DNA of 63,945 nucleotides, the filler included, from Octopus bimaculoides (lineage: Eukaryota): assembly GCF_001194135.2 (NCBI RefSeq). It is 6 parts of 5 records of this genome, joined end to end, with 100 filler letters (N's around TTAATTAATTAA, not from the genome) between each part and the next. Parts side by side here need not be neighbours in the genome. Positions count along the whole stretch, not along the records: positions 1 to 29,038 come from NC_068990.1; 5 more parts are not named here. The stretch is one strand, 5' to 3'. Below, piece after piece: positions 1 to 12,052 of the stretch. Position 1 is the first letter of the stretch; each line of letters starts with the position of its first letter. The notes under the pieces are model-generated. The model was given only the letters and a program-made list of their open reading frames with translations, did not search any database and was not told where the DNA came from. Both the position numbers and the translations under genes were made by a program.

Positions 1-120
1 GGAAGACAAAGTGTTCAGACAAAATTGGAGATTTTAAAATTTCTAAATTTTTTGAGGTGTTCGTTTGTATGTCCATTCAGAGAAAACTGGTGGGTTTTTT
101 TTTTTGTTTTTTCAATAAAA

Positions 121-320
121 AGGATGTTTACATTTTCGAATATTCAGGGGAAAAGGAACCAAAAGAAAAGGTAAATTTTTTTTTCACAGAAAATTGTAGA
201 TATGAAGTTTTTAACATTTACTGGAGATGATCTTTTGTCTGTTCGAGCAGAGAAGACTGTAGCGTTCTTGGAATAGAGAGGATGTTTACATTTTCGAATA
301 CTCATGGGGAAAGGGAAAAT
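121..320. repeat. Diverged direct repeat with ~158-bp period
   Basis: AGGATGTTTACATTTTCGAATA(T/C)TCA..GGGAAA.GG occurs at 121 and 279. Confidence 0.6.
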
Positions 321-394
321 GATAGGTATTCATAGAATGTGTAGATATTAAAGGTTTTAAAGCTGATTGTTTATGTGTTCGAAAGCTGTAGATA

Positions 395-1145
395 TGTTCT
401 CTTCTGAACGCTCCTTTCTTCTTGATCTCAGGTATCTTTCAATAACATCCAGATACTTAATTTATTCCACTACTTTCCAGATTGATTCCATGGCTTTAAC
501 TAACTTTTCATCTTTTTAGTACCATTGCACTACACTTTTTGATATCCAATTCCATCCCAACGTCCTTGATAATCACTGAACTGTTGGCAGCAAACAATCA
601 ATTTCTCTCTCACTTTTTGAAGGAAGTTTTACGTCATCCATAAACAAGTTGTTTCGAAGCGTGTGTGAATTCGCGTGCAGAAATCGCACATGTTTAATTA
701 AACAAGATGTTTATTTTCACATTGCAAGAGTACATCAAACACACCTTTTTCTTAGAACACTCTATACAGGCAAATTACAAATAAGAGAGGAGATAAGCTG
801 TCCCCTTTGAAAATTTCTCTTTTACTATTTACCTCTCCTAGCGTCTCACCATATGCTGTGAGTTCATTTCTCCAGATTGCCATTAAGTCTTGTATGCACT
901 TCACAATATTATCAGAGACCAATAATGATGCTCAATAATCTACGAGTGTGGAACCATGTCATCGGCTTTCTTGTAATCTACCCATGCCATGACCAAATTT
1001 TTGTGTCACTTCTTGCAGTCAATCAAGGTAGTTTTAGCTCTTATCAACTGATTCTTAGTCCTTATGTTCTTGCGTCTACACCCTCCACTAGAAGTAAGAG
1101 TACTTTCTTCTTGTCTACATAGTTGCCAATGTTGTTTGAGATAAT
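395..1145 (-). mobile_element. R4/Dong-like (RLE-type) non-LTR retrotransposon, decayed RT fragment
   Basis: Minus-strand translation across stops and frameshifts gives GCRRKN*GTKNQL, NLVMAWVDYKKADDMVPHS (~964-984), FKGDSLSP (~789-809), LFMDDVKL (~631-647) and MELDIKKC. These are RT motifs typical of the R4/Dong group. Confidence 0.8.
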
Positions 1146-1568
1146 GCTCATCATGAATTTCCATATAAATGGCAAATAGACAGACATATGTTTGTGAGCG
1201 TGTGTGATTGAATGCGTGTGTGCATGTGCGCGCGCGCGCGTGTTATATAAAGGAGATGTACTTGCATATTAAGTGCTTTAATCAGAGATTGTATTGAAAC
1301 TAATGCGATTGCAGGTTAGCCATTCAGAACCACACAAAGACCGTTAGCTTCACTTAGACGTTTATTTGTTAGACGGTGTCAAAATTTTCGTTGCTCGAAT
1401 CTTCAACCTGTTCATTCACAAAAAGGCAGCACAATTTTCTCTCAGTCAACATGTCACACTTTCGAACGACGAAAAATTTTACACCTTATTACAGATAAAT
1501 GTTTAAGTGAAGTCAACGGTCTTTGTTTGTTTCTGAACGGCTAACTTGCGTCTTCCAAACTAGACAGG

Positions 1569-1652
<84 letters not shown>
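1569..1652. repeat. (AGAT)n microsatellite followed by TA/TG/TATG compound repeats
   Basis: Directly visible. Confidence 0.95.
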
Positions 1653-1653
<1 letters not shown>

Positions 1654-1821
1654 GTAGATATATACATACATTACATATATGTATGTATGTATATGTATGT
1701 ATGTGTGTGCATGTATGTATGTATACACATACACAGACATACATTGTAGGGATTCCCACTATCAATGACTAATTTGATGTTCTTAGATAAATTTTATTAA
1801 TAATATTAAATATTTCATTTA

Positions 1822-2039
1822 CAGTAATCTCTCGCCATATCGCGATTCACCTATCACGGTTTATTGTTTAAACTTACGTTGATTCCGCGTGGTGTTGTTT
1901 TGCCTTTATAATAAAATAAATATATACAAATTATAAAAATAATAAAAATATACAATACAGTACTGTTTCTACTTCGCGGATTTTCATCTATCGCGGGGGA
2001 TTTTGGTAGGTAACACCAGCGATAGTCGAGAGATTATTG
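1822..2039. mobile_element. Tigger/pogo-like MITE (~218 bp)
   Basis: Left TIR CAGTAATCTCTCG is preceded by TA. Right end CGAGAGATTATTG (revcomp CAATAATCTCTCG) is followed by CA, probably a mutated TA. Confidence 0.65.
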
Positions 2040-2144
2040 CATATATTTATATACACACGCAAACACAAATATTCCTACCTACCTAACTATACTCACACAC
2101 ATATGTGTGTGTGTATGTGTGTGTACATACTACGGATTGTTTTC

Positions 2145-2350
2145 AAATTTTGGCACAAAGCCAGCAATTCGGGGGATGGAATTAAGTCTATTACATCGTC
2201 TCCATTGATCAAATGGTGCTTATTTTATCGACCCCAAATGGATGAAAGACAAAGTCAACCTCGGCGGAATTTGAACTCGAAACGAAAAGACGGACGTAAT
2301 GCCACTAAGCATTTTGTCTGTGGTGCTATTGATTCTGCCGCCTCGCCTTC
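2145..2350 (-). mobile_element. SINE family B variant, decayed
   Basis: Shares TATCGACCCC..GGATGAAAG.CAAAGTC.ACCTCGGCGGAATTTGAACTC with the copies at 14677 and 8861. Confidence 0.75.
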
Positions 2351-4059
2351 CTATACACATATCAACTGTTTTAGTTCATTTGAGACATCAAGAGAATTTG
2401 TCGATAATTGCGGGTGTGGTGGCCATTTAACTCTTTGCTTTATATATTTTCTTTTAATATTAAATCGCTCACTTTCCTTGAATATACAGATTTCTCGCAA
2501 TTTCGTTATTTCTTTGCTCAAACGGTGATTTCGCTTCGCTTCGATTCATTCCTTTCCACATATTATTTTTCTAATTAAAACACGTTTAAAACTGCTACAT
2601 GTAAATTAAAGTTTGTTCTTCAACTGCCCTATAATTAGAATTTTTTAAATTAATGACATTTGCAAAATAACATCTTAACTCACTGGGATGTCAATTACCT
2701 TTAGTTTAAAATTTTTTGATACATGAATAAATATCTTCAACATTTTATAACTTTGCGTTATTTATTGTTTTAATAACTTTGCATTATTTATTTTCTATAT
2801 ATTTATGTTAGTCTTTTTCTTATACATATTCCCCCTTTTGGCCTCAAACTCAAACTAGCTTGCATAAAATATATTAATTGTTATAAACACCTATTCCTTC
2901 ATAGCATCACGTTTTTAACTTCCAATCGATTCCTTTTTCTCTTATTTCTTAACCCAGTTTGCTCAGTGTTTAAATCGCTGTGTTGACACAATGTGATTCA
3001 GTGTGACGCACACAGCGCCAAGAATGAAGAGAGAAATGCACAAATTTGGGGAAGTCAATACTGAAATTGTTGATCGGTACAATAGCTGCCAAAAATGAAC
3101 CAAAGCTAAAGCATGCACTGGGTCACTTCACCTGCTAGGAAAAAAACAGCTATATGTCATTCATATCACACCCTTGATTCTTATAATTAGGGAAGTATGC
3201 ATAGGATAATGTAGTTCTTGGTACACCACGTCCAGATAAAAACATAAATAGATGGAATTAAATGTTCACAGCTAGAACGGCTTTGATTACAGATCAACAA
3301 AACCAGGACGGGCCTTGAGATAACCAACAACAGCAGCAAGAATTCTGGAAAGGAATGTACAGTCGGCTTCCGAAGCTTGTTCCCTTCCTGTCAAAACCAG
3401 ACGTTTAGAAGTTCGGTAAAATACAGCATCCACTGAAAATTATTATCTCTGTTGCTTTGAACTCTGAAATGCATCATTTTCTGATGGTCAATCGATATAC
3501 TGACTAATCAAAAGTAAACTGAGAATATAACTTGTGCGTTTTAACTTTGAAGCTAGAAATATTGTTTAAAGAAGATCTTTAAAATAAAAGCTTTAATATT
3601 TTGTTTTATCTTCAATATTCCTTTAAGCATTAGACATAACTTTCTGTAATCAGAAACAAAATTCAGAAGAGATTAATGTCTAAAGAGTAGGGGTGGCTAA
3701 CATATTTTATAATTACTGGCATATCACTTGCACTTTGTTATAAACCCAAACAAGCCCGGACCCTTGCTTGTAATCTCTAATTGATGTTGTAGTTGTCTGT
3801 TAACGATGTTGTGACCAATATAACAATATCTCTTGCCAACTCATTCTTCGGTAATGCCTTCTCTGTATCGCTCGGGTATAGTTTAATGATGAATCATCTG
3901 CAGAGAATCTTGGTTGTTATGTGAATTCAGTCGTCCTTTCTTCCACCGAACCCTTGTGATGAAACACAAGTTTTTATCAGTCGCTTATATCGCCTTGGAT
4001 TTGAAGAGAGTCACATTACCATAGTTATTTTCGAAAATGCGTCAGTAAAATGACTAATA

Positions 4060-4193
4060 GACATATCTGTATGGTTAAGAAATTTGATTTGCAACCACAA
4101 GGTTTCGGATTCAGTCCCACGGCTCGGCACCAATAGCCCCGTGTTGCACAATGCCTTGTCACTGGATAAGAGAAGATGGAAACTGTGTGGAAA

Positions 4194-4288
<95 letters not shown>

Positions 4289-4530
4289 TGTGTGCACGTG
4301 TGTGTATGTATTTTAGATCTATGTTTGTCACTCACTCCACTGCTGACTAACAACCGGTTTTTGCTTTCTACGTCGCTATAACTTGGCGCTTTGGTAAATG
4401 TAAGTGATAGATAGAATAAGTACCAGACTCAAATAACAATACGAACTGAAGTCGCTTTGTCTGACTGAACACTTCAGGGCGGTACCCTAACATGGCCGCA
4501 GTCCAATGGCTAAAACAAACAAAAGAAAAC
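4060..4530 (+). mobile_element. Old SINE family A-related copy with an expanded internal (GT)n
   Basis: tRNA-like head, GGAAACTG before the internal microsatellite (4198-4285), then GATAGAATAAGTACCAG and GGCGGTACCCTAACATGGCCGCAGTC, as in family A. Confidence 0.65.
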
Positions 4531-4545
4531 AAAATGAACATTTCC

Positions 4546-4650
4546 CACATACATACATACATACATACATACATACATACATACATACATGCATACATAC
4601 ATACGTACGTACGAACATACATACATACATACATACATACATACATACAT
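4546..4650. repeat. (CATA)n microsatellite
   Basis: Directly visible. Confidence 0.95.
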
Positions 4651-5081
4651 TCACACATTTATACGCATTGTTTATACACACCTCACTAGATGTCATGTTC
4701 CTTTAATAATATCTTCCAGTTTTCATTTCCGGGTTGGCTGCGTACTGTGGAGGTTCAAATAACGTATTCTGTATCTCCTCCGCTTGTTAACATGTTATGG
4801 TACTCTATCACTGCATGCATCGCTAGTACTCTGCTTGTATCTGCTTGAAAGTGGGAAAAAAATTTGAAATAACAAGAGATATTATTTACTTCTTGAGATG
4901 CTTTGACATTCCTCTTTGTTGATTTTGGTTTTAACTGGAGACGTTTGTGAAAGCTTAGACGAAGTTCAATGATAATGTATATCACTGTCAGAAATTAGCA
5001 GAAGTTTACTACTACTACTACTACTGCTGCTGTTGATGCTGCTGCTGCTGTTACTTCTACTACTACTACTACTACTACTAC

Positions 5082-5117
<36 letters not shown>

Positions 5118-5125
5118 TGATAGTA

Positions 5126-7540
5126 ATTTGCTCGGTTGTTTGGGGAGAGTGGCGGAGCGGAGACGGTGGAGGACTTCAGTCCGTACCTCGATGGTCTGCC
5201 GCGTCTCTCGACCGCTGATGCTGGGCGCTGGGAAAGCAGAAAACATCAGCCGAAATTCAGGATGCCCTTGTCTGCTGCTCGAGGCAAAAGTCACCCGGTT
5301 TAGATGGTCTGCCCTACGAGCTTTACGTGAATATGCCAGACTTGTTCTCCGATCTCCTCGACGCACTCTACTGCAACTGGCAGCAGAACAGGAGTATTTC
5401 CAGTTCTGCGAGCCGGGGCGTAGTGACGCTGATAAGGAAAGACGAAAACAAGAGGGACACATTAGATAACTTTAGGCTCTTTTTAATACACAATTTAAGA
5501 TTTTGGATAAGGTGTTAGCAAAGANNNNNNNNNNNNNNNNNNNNNNNNNNNNNNNNNNGGGGGGGGGGGCGGAAATCTGTGCAATCCCGACCAGGTCCAT
5601 ACACGACAACATCCACCTCATGCGATATATCATAGAAAGGGTAGGGTGTAAATCTGGCTTCGGTGGGGTGCAGATCAATTTGGATCAATCGAAAGCATTT
5701 GATAGGGTCGACCATCGGTATGTAAAGGCTGTCCACAAAGCGGCTGGTTTCGGCTCCTTCTTCAGAGGTTGGATCGCTGCAATGCACAGCGGCATCTCCT
5801 CGGTGGTCAAAGTTAATGACCACCTCTCGGAACCGTTTCAGATCTTCCGATAGGTCCGTCAAGGGTGCCCTCTCTCCTCCCTTTTGCACGTATTGACTCT
5901 TGAGGCTTTTACTGCAGAAGCCGGAGCTGCTGCAGGGCATGCTGCTCGAACCAAGACGCAGAAGGGCTGAGTAGGCTTATGTGGACAACATCACCGTGAA
6001 GGTGTCGAACACCTCAGAAATTGAGGTGGTCAGCATATCATTGGAGGAATATGAAAAGTTGACGAGAGCAAAACTTAACCCGGAAAACTCGATGGGCTTG
6101 CAACTCGGCATTTGGAAATGCAAGTCCATGCCGTCCAACAGCGTCGTTGAGCGCTGGACGCTGGGACCGGTAAAGATGCTTGGGCTTTGGTTAGGACCAG
6201 ACCTCCAGGTGGATAAGAAGTGGGACGAGGTAACTAGCAGGGTAGCCAGTCTCAACCAGAAATGGGCTGCGGGGAAGTGGTCCCTGAAAGGTCAGACATA
6301 GGTGGCGAATGTGTACACCGTGTCCGTCATCTACTACCGCCTGACCGTCGTGCTTTGCTCCAGTTCGCGCCTCGCCAAGTTCGAGTGCTTCCTCTTCAAA
6401 TTCTTGTGGAGGGGACAGGTTCCATTGGTGCGGCAATCTATCTGCTGCCAACACCTTCTATGCCGTGAATAATGATGCGCAGATATTCTGCCTGAACGGT
6501 GAACAAGTGTGGTCACCGTTTGTCAAACAGGCCTTCCCCCAACCCGTCTCCTTGACTGAGCTGCAGTCCTGGGTCAAGAAGAGACCGAGATAGAGTGACT
6601 GGCATCTGGAATATTGTCAGGCACTCACTTCTCTCTACCAGTCTCGCAATGCTATCAGTGGAACATCCACTCTCGAGTTCTATAAAGGCTTAGTGGAGAG
6701 AAAGAGCGATGACGTACTCGGACAGGCGCTAGGTGTCGACGAAGTCGAACTGGCCAGTTTGTTCAGGACTTCCGAGCCGGGGACGATGGATAACCTCCAG
6801 AAATCTCTAGCTTGGCAGTACTAACGGGGGTGGGCACTGCCAAGCTAGAGATTTCTGNNNNNNNNNNNNNNNNNNNNNNNNNNNNNNNNNNNNNNNNNNN
6901 NNNNNNNNNNNNNNNNNNNNNNNNNNNNNNNNNGACCTGCTCGAGATGCGCGCAGAGCAACGAAATCGTTTTGCACGCACTCGTCCAGTGTCTGTGCATT
7001 ACTGACTTGTGGAGTTAAATGTTGAACAGCTGTTATCACGTGTAGGACGGAAGTGCAGGCAATTTTCCTCTGTCTGACACCAGTAGCGAAAGAAGTTGTA
7101 TGGTGGACCAAGCTGAAAGGACTGAAGATAGACACTTTTTCCTTCAGCCATTCCCTCATCAACTTTTGCGAATTTCACTTGGAAAGGAATATGAGGATGG
7201 AGAAAAAGTGCTGCTCCTCAGTACATTTGCTAAAAGGTGGGTGAATGTAGCGAAAACGGCCCGTGTGAGTGGACCTACTCTAATAATGCGCCCGTAGGCT
7301 AGTGAATTTGAGAGAGAGAACGGTGTCCTTCCCGGATGCCCTCGAAACATCGAGTGGTTCAGGATTGGTAGGGTACCTGAGCCAACCCCAGGTGGTTACC
7401 CTCTATTGGGGAACTTTCATTGTTGTATGCTTCTTGTTTGGTATCATTGTTATAGTTTTAATTGTGTACTTGTTTTGTGTAAAATCCCCACTGTTCACAG
7501 TATTGTCCCCTATATGTCGGCCCTGGTGGCCAATAAATGA

Positions 7541-7545
<5 letters not shown>
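5126..7545 (+). mobile_element. L1/Tx1-type LINE, 5'-truncated, disrupted ORF2 plus 3' UTR
   Basis: KSPGLDGLPYELY (~5288-5330), LDQSKAFDRVDH (~5680-5715), VRQGCPLSPLL (~5855-5885), YVDNIT (~5978), zf-RVT-like TCSRCAQSNEIVLHALVQC (~6935-6990), AATAAA at ~7533 and a (TAA)n tail. Many stops and frameshifts; GC-richer than the flanks. Confidence 0.9.
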
Positions 7546-7581
<36 letters not shown>

Positions 7582-8019
7582 CAACAACAACAACTTGTAT
7601 GTATGTATGGATCGATGGATGGATCGATGGATAAATTAATGGCTGGATACGGATATGTGTGCGTATGCACCTGTGTGTAAGCTGCTGTACTTTTAAGTAT
7701 GTATTAGAAACTAGAACATTCTATAGCATTTTGTCGTTTTTCTCATGTTTTCCTGGTTTGCGCCCAATTTGCAGCCGGTATTAATGTTGTACGGGCAAAA
7801 TTTCGGAGTGGATGGATGGATTTCTACTTCCTGTAACAAAGAAACTTAATCCTATAATCAGGATACTTTTGATTTCGTTTCAAAAACTTAACAAACAAAA
7901 TCGTTTCGAAAACTTGTTTGTTTCTCTTTTCTTTTTATTTGTTTGTTTTTGAGGGTTTTTTTCTTTGTTAACCATGAATGTTTCTTCACTTTGCTTCAAC
8001 ATTGACCATGATGTAATGG

Positions 8020-8830
8020 GTGAGAAATACATAAATGCTTTTGTAAAACGTTTACACAAGTGTATTCCGTTTAATTTCCGTTAGAAATTATTGAAGTTTC
8101 TACCACAAAGCAACACAATGAAGTTAGAACAAAAAATCTACTACTAGACTATGAAGGGCTGTGCTATAGGAACCCTCACGGCAGTTTATTTTGCTAACGT
8201 CTGTCTGTATGACAAAATTTGAGCTACATTTAATGGAGACATTCAAATTACTGCACGGTCATGAACCGATATTCTGGTTACAGTTTATTGATGATGTCTT
8301 TTTTATCTGGGAAGGACGACAGGGTAGTGAAACTGAATTTATCAATTTCTGTAGCAGTTTAGTACAAAATTATGGTTTTAATCCAACATAAAATTCTCGT
8401 ACAGATTTCTAAAATCTAGTGTCAACTTTTCGGTCACAAAAGTTAAATTTTCAGAGTTGTCGCATAGTAACAGATATTTTGCGAACCCACGTCATCCCAC
8501 ATTTATCTTCACCACCGCTCCGATCATTCACACCATACAATTAAGTCAAATCCCAAATCACAATTTTTGAGAATGAAACAGATTTGTGCTAATAAAGAGG
8601 ATTACTGGAAACATGCACATGATTCTGAACGCCATTGCATCAAACATGGTTATAGTGAATCACGATTGAAGTAAATCCCAAACAATACAAATGAAATTAA
8701 CTATGCGTGTAAAACTTTTAGCCTAATTATAGCAGTCAAAGTAACGTTTCTGGTCGAATCTATTTAGAAATTAACCCACACTGAAATTTCGCAGGCAGTG
8801 CTATACAGCAGTTATCAACATCTTTTACAA
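8020..8830 (+). mobile_element. Penelope-like element, decayed RT fragment
   Basis: Translation across frameshifts gives GCAIGTLTAVYFAN, PIFWLQFIDDVFFIWEG, HIYLHHRSDHSP and SQFLRMKQICANKEDY, matching the motif order of PLE RT and thumb. Confidence 0.8.
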
Positions 8831-8860
8831 AAATATCTTCGTTTCAAAGAAGAATTTCCC

Positions 8861-8986
8861 TATCGACCCCGAAAGGATGAAAGGCAAGTCGACCTTGCCG
8901 GAATTTGAACGCAGAACGTAGCAGCAGACGAAATACCGCTAAGCATTTCTCCCGTCGTGCTAAGGACCTTGCCAGCCCGTTGCCTT
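8861..8986 (-). mobile_element. SINE family B, 5' half
   Basis: Reverse complement matches 9017-9150. Confidence 0.85.
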
Positions 8987-9016
8987 GATAATAATAATGA
9001 TGATAATAATAATGAT

Positions 9017-9252
9017 AAGTTGGCGAACTGGCAGAATCGTTACCACGCCGGGCGAAATGCTTAGCAGTATTTCGTCTGCTGATACGTTCTGAGTTCAAAT
9101 TCCGCCGAGGTCGACTTTGCCTTTCATCCTTTCGGGGGTCGATAAATTAAGTACCAGTTACGCACTGGAGTCGATGTAATCGACTTAATCCATTTGTCTG
9201 TCCTTGTTTGTCCCCTCTATGTTTAACCCCTTGTAGGCAATGAAGAAATTAA
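9017..9252 (+). mobile_element. SINE family B (tRNA-derived head), near full length
   Basis: GGCGAACTGGCAGAATCGTTA, then B-box-like GAGTTCAAATTCC, then GGGTCGATAAATTAAGTACC, ending GCAATGAAGAAAT. Homologous copies lie at 14677 and 29139. Confidence 0.9.
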
Positions 9253-9260
9253 TAATAATG

Positions 9261-9300
<40 letters not shown>

Positions 9301-9302
<2 letters not shown>

Positions 9303-9844
9303 TGCCCGGGTGCAGTACCAGGCAGTGGTTCTCATGGCTTCTGATCTTAACTGATTGGAAGTGTTATCATGTACATTGTTTTGTCTTGGTATAAAAGATG
9401 GGCTACAGCAAATATTCTGCTTAATACCACAGATTTGCTTGTCAGTTGTTTGACCTTAACCAGTTGAGCATGTCCCTTGGTGGCTGACGATATGTGCATC
9501 TCTGATCATGAGCAGAAGTAGTGGGGGAGCATCATAGCCATGTGTTGAGAGGAATTTTTGGGGGTTTGAATAATTCACCTTTGGAAACATGGGTATTTTG
9601 CTCAAAATCCTTAAACAAACCTTATTCAGGCACCTTTTGAGCGGGAAGGGCTACTCGACCTGAAGAAAATTCTAACTGGGCCCCACCTGCTAGGTCATGC
9701 GCTATTTATCTTAATATGAGATCACCATGTCGCGTACATATGGTTGTGATGCATGTGCCTGGTGTACCCTTATCAGACGGGTAGTCATGATTGGCATAAT
9801 GGGCTTCGTATATTTTACCCCAGTATGCACTACTCTCTCACTCA
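9301..9844 (+). mobile_element. Non-coding ~545-bp interspersed element 'X' flanked by (TAA)n on both sides
   Basis: Colinear with the reverse complement of 17217-17853 and shares the same 5' and 3' termini. No TIRs, no obvious A/B box, no convincing ORF. Confidence 0.8.
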
Positions 9845-9856
9845 ATAATAATAATG

Positions 9857-9926
<70 letters not shown>

Positions 9927-9933
9927 TAATAAT

Positions 9934-10522
9934 ATTACCAGCCAATGTACGCCACTAGCCCAGAAGGAATATAAGAGACGCCACGACAATATAGCAAGGC
10001 TTATCCATTGGGCACTTTGCAACAAATATGGACTAGACAAAGCAAAAAATTGGTACGGCCACAAACTCGAAGGCATCATCAAATATGATAATGCAAAGAT
10101 CTTGTGAGTATATATACAATTCAGTGCGACCATGAGATAAAGAATAGGAAGCCAGATATAGTTTTAATTGAGAAAGAAAGCAAACTATGCTGGATCATAG
10201 ATATAGGATGCCCAGCTGACAACAAGGTATGCGATAAGGAAGAGAGAAAAGTCAAGAGATGTGACAGGTTAGCTTGAGAAGTTAAGCGGTTGTGGTCGTT
10301 GATAAAGATAGCCGTAGTACTAGTAATTATCGGAGCCCTGGGGACAGTGGGTAACAATCTTGAGAAGTACATGGAACAAATAGGGGCTGCAATAAGGGTG
10401 GAACACTTGCAGAAAATAGCACTGCTTGGAACCGCTCGAATACTCCGGAAGGTGCTCGAAAAATAAAAGGTGTTACCTTAGTTCACTGGATGTGAACAGC
10501 TGACACCGTAGTACATCTCGAG
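9934..10522 (+). mobile_element. R4/Dong-like non-LTR retrotransposon 3' end (end of zinc knuckle, RLE domain, start of 3' UTR)
   Basis: ITSQCTPLAQKEYKRRHDNIARLIHWALC, RKPDIVLIEKESKLCWIIDIGCP (PD..D nuclease motif) and LQKIALLGTARILRKVLEK* (stop ~10464). The 5' truncation lies directly after (AAT)n. Confidence 0.9.
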
Positions 10523-11362
10523 NNNNNNNNNNNNNNNNNNNNNNNNNNNNNNNNNNNNNNNNNNNNNNNNNNNNNNNNNNNNNNNNNNNNNNNNNNNNNN
10601 NNNNNNNNNNNNNNNNNNNNNNNNNNNNNNNNNNNNNNNNNNNNNNNNNNNNNNNNNNNNNNNNNNNNNNNNNNNNNNNNNNNNNNNNNNNNNNNNNNNN
10701 NNNNNNNNNNNNNNNNNNNNNNNNNNNNNNNNNNNNNNNNNNNNNNNNNNNNNNNNNNNNNNNNNNNNNNNNNNNNNNNNNNNNNNNNNNNNNNNNNNNN
10801 NNNNNNNNNNNNNNNNNNNNNNNNNNNNNNNNNNNNNNNNNNNNNNNNNNNNNNNNNNNNNNNNNNNNNNNNNNNNNNNNNNNNNNNNNNNNNNNNNNNN
10901 NNNNNNNNNNNNNNNNNNNNNNNNNNNNNNNNNNNNNNNNNNNNNNNNNNNNNNNNNNNNNNNNNNNNNNNNNNNNNNNNNNNNNNNNNNNNNNNNNNNN
11001 NNNNNNNNNNNNNNNNNNNNNNNNNNNNNNNNNNNNNNNNNNNNNNNNNNNNNNNNNNNNNNNNNNNNNNNNNNNNNNNNNNNNNNNNNNNNNNNNNNNN
11101 NNNNNNNNNNNNNNNNNNNNNNNNNNNNNNNNNNNNNNNNNNNNNNNNNNNNNNNNNNNNNNNNNNNNNNNNNNNNNNNNNNNNNNNNNNNNNNNNNNNN
11201 NNNNNNNNNNNNNNNNNNNNNNNNNNNNNNNNNNNNNNNNNNNNNNNNNNNNNNNNNNNNNNNNNNNNNNNNNNNNNNNNNNNNNNNNNNNNNNNNNNNN
11301 NNNNNNNNNNNNNNNNNNNNNNNNNNNNNNNNNNNNNNNNNNNNNNNNNNNNNNNNNNNNNN

Positions 11363-11478
11363 AGGTGAGGAGGGGGAGCAGGTGAGGAGGGGGAGCAGGT
11401 GAGGAGGGGGAGCAGGTGAGGAGTAGGTGAGGAGGGGGAGCAGGTGAGGAGTAGGTGAGGAGGGGGAGCAGCAGCAGG
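11363..11478. repeat. Purine-rich minisatellite with 17-bp unit AGGTGAGGAGGGGGAGC and 11-bp variant AGGTGAGGAGT
   Basis: Directly visible next to an 840-N gap that probably hides more of the array. Confidence 0.9.
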
Positions 11479-12052
11479 TAAGGAGGAGAAGGAGGAGGAT
11501 CTATACACTTGTCTAAGGCCAGTAATTCCTCGTTACTGAAGACATTTTACATTTATATAATCTCCAATACCAACAGCAGTGTTTAGTGGGTTACTTTTAA
11601 GAAAGAAGATATCTCCTCTCCCCCGACAGACTTTGTTTTGTAAGCAGTGACACCGCATGCTATCTGACATGAATAACGCAAGCGCGAACAGGTATTAGGA
11701 ACTGACGATTCTTTATTTTTCTTCTTTCAATGGAAGTTGCCAGTCGAAGAGATAGCTGTTTGATCTATCGTATACAATCGGTTATTTTCAATTAGAAGCT
11801 GGTCCCATGGGTATGGAAACGGTAGTAAAGTCTACAGAATAGATGTAGTAAGACATCACAGGCGAGACTCCAGTGAAGTTTCTTATTCACTGTACCCTAT
11901 CATTAACAGACGCATTCAAGTCTGGTGGGATTAAAACGTTATCGCGATGAAATATCTGCTTGTAGATATAAATACATAAACACACGCCCACACACAAAGC
12001 ACACACCTCCATATATCTGTATTTTGCGTGTGTGTTATGTTATATATATAGA

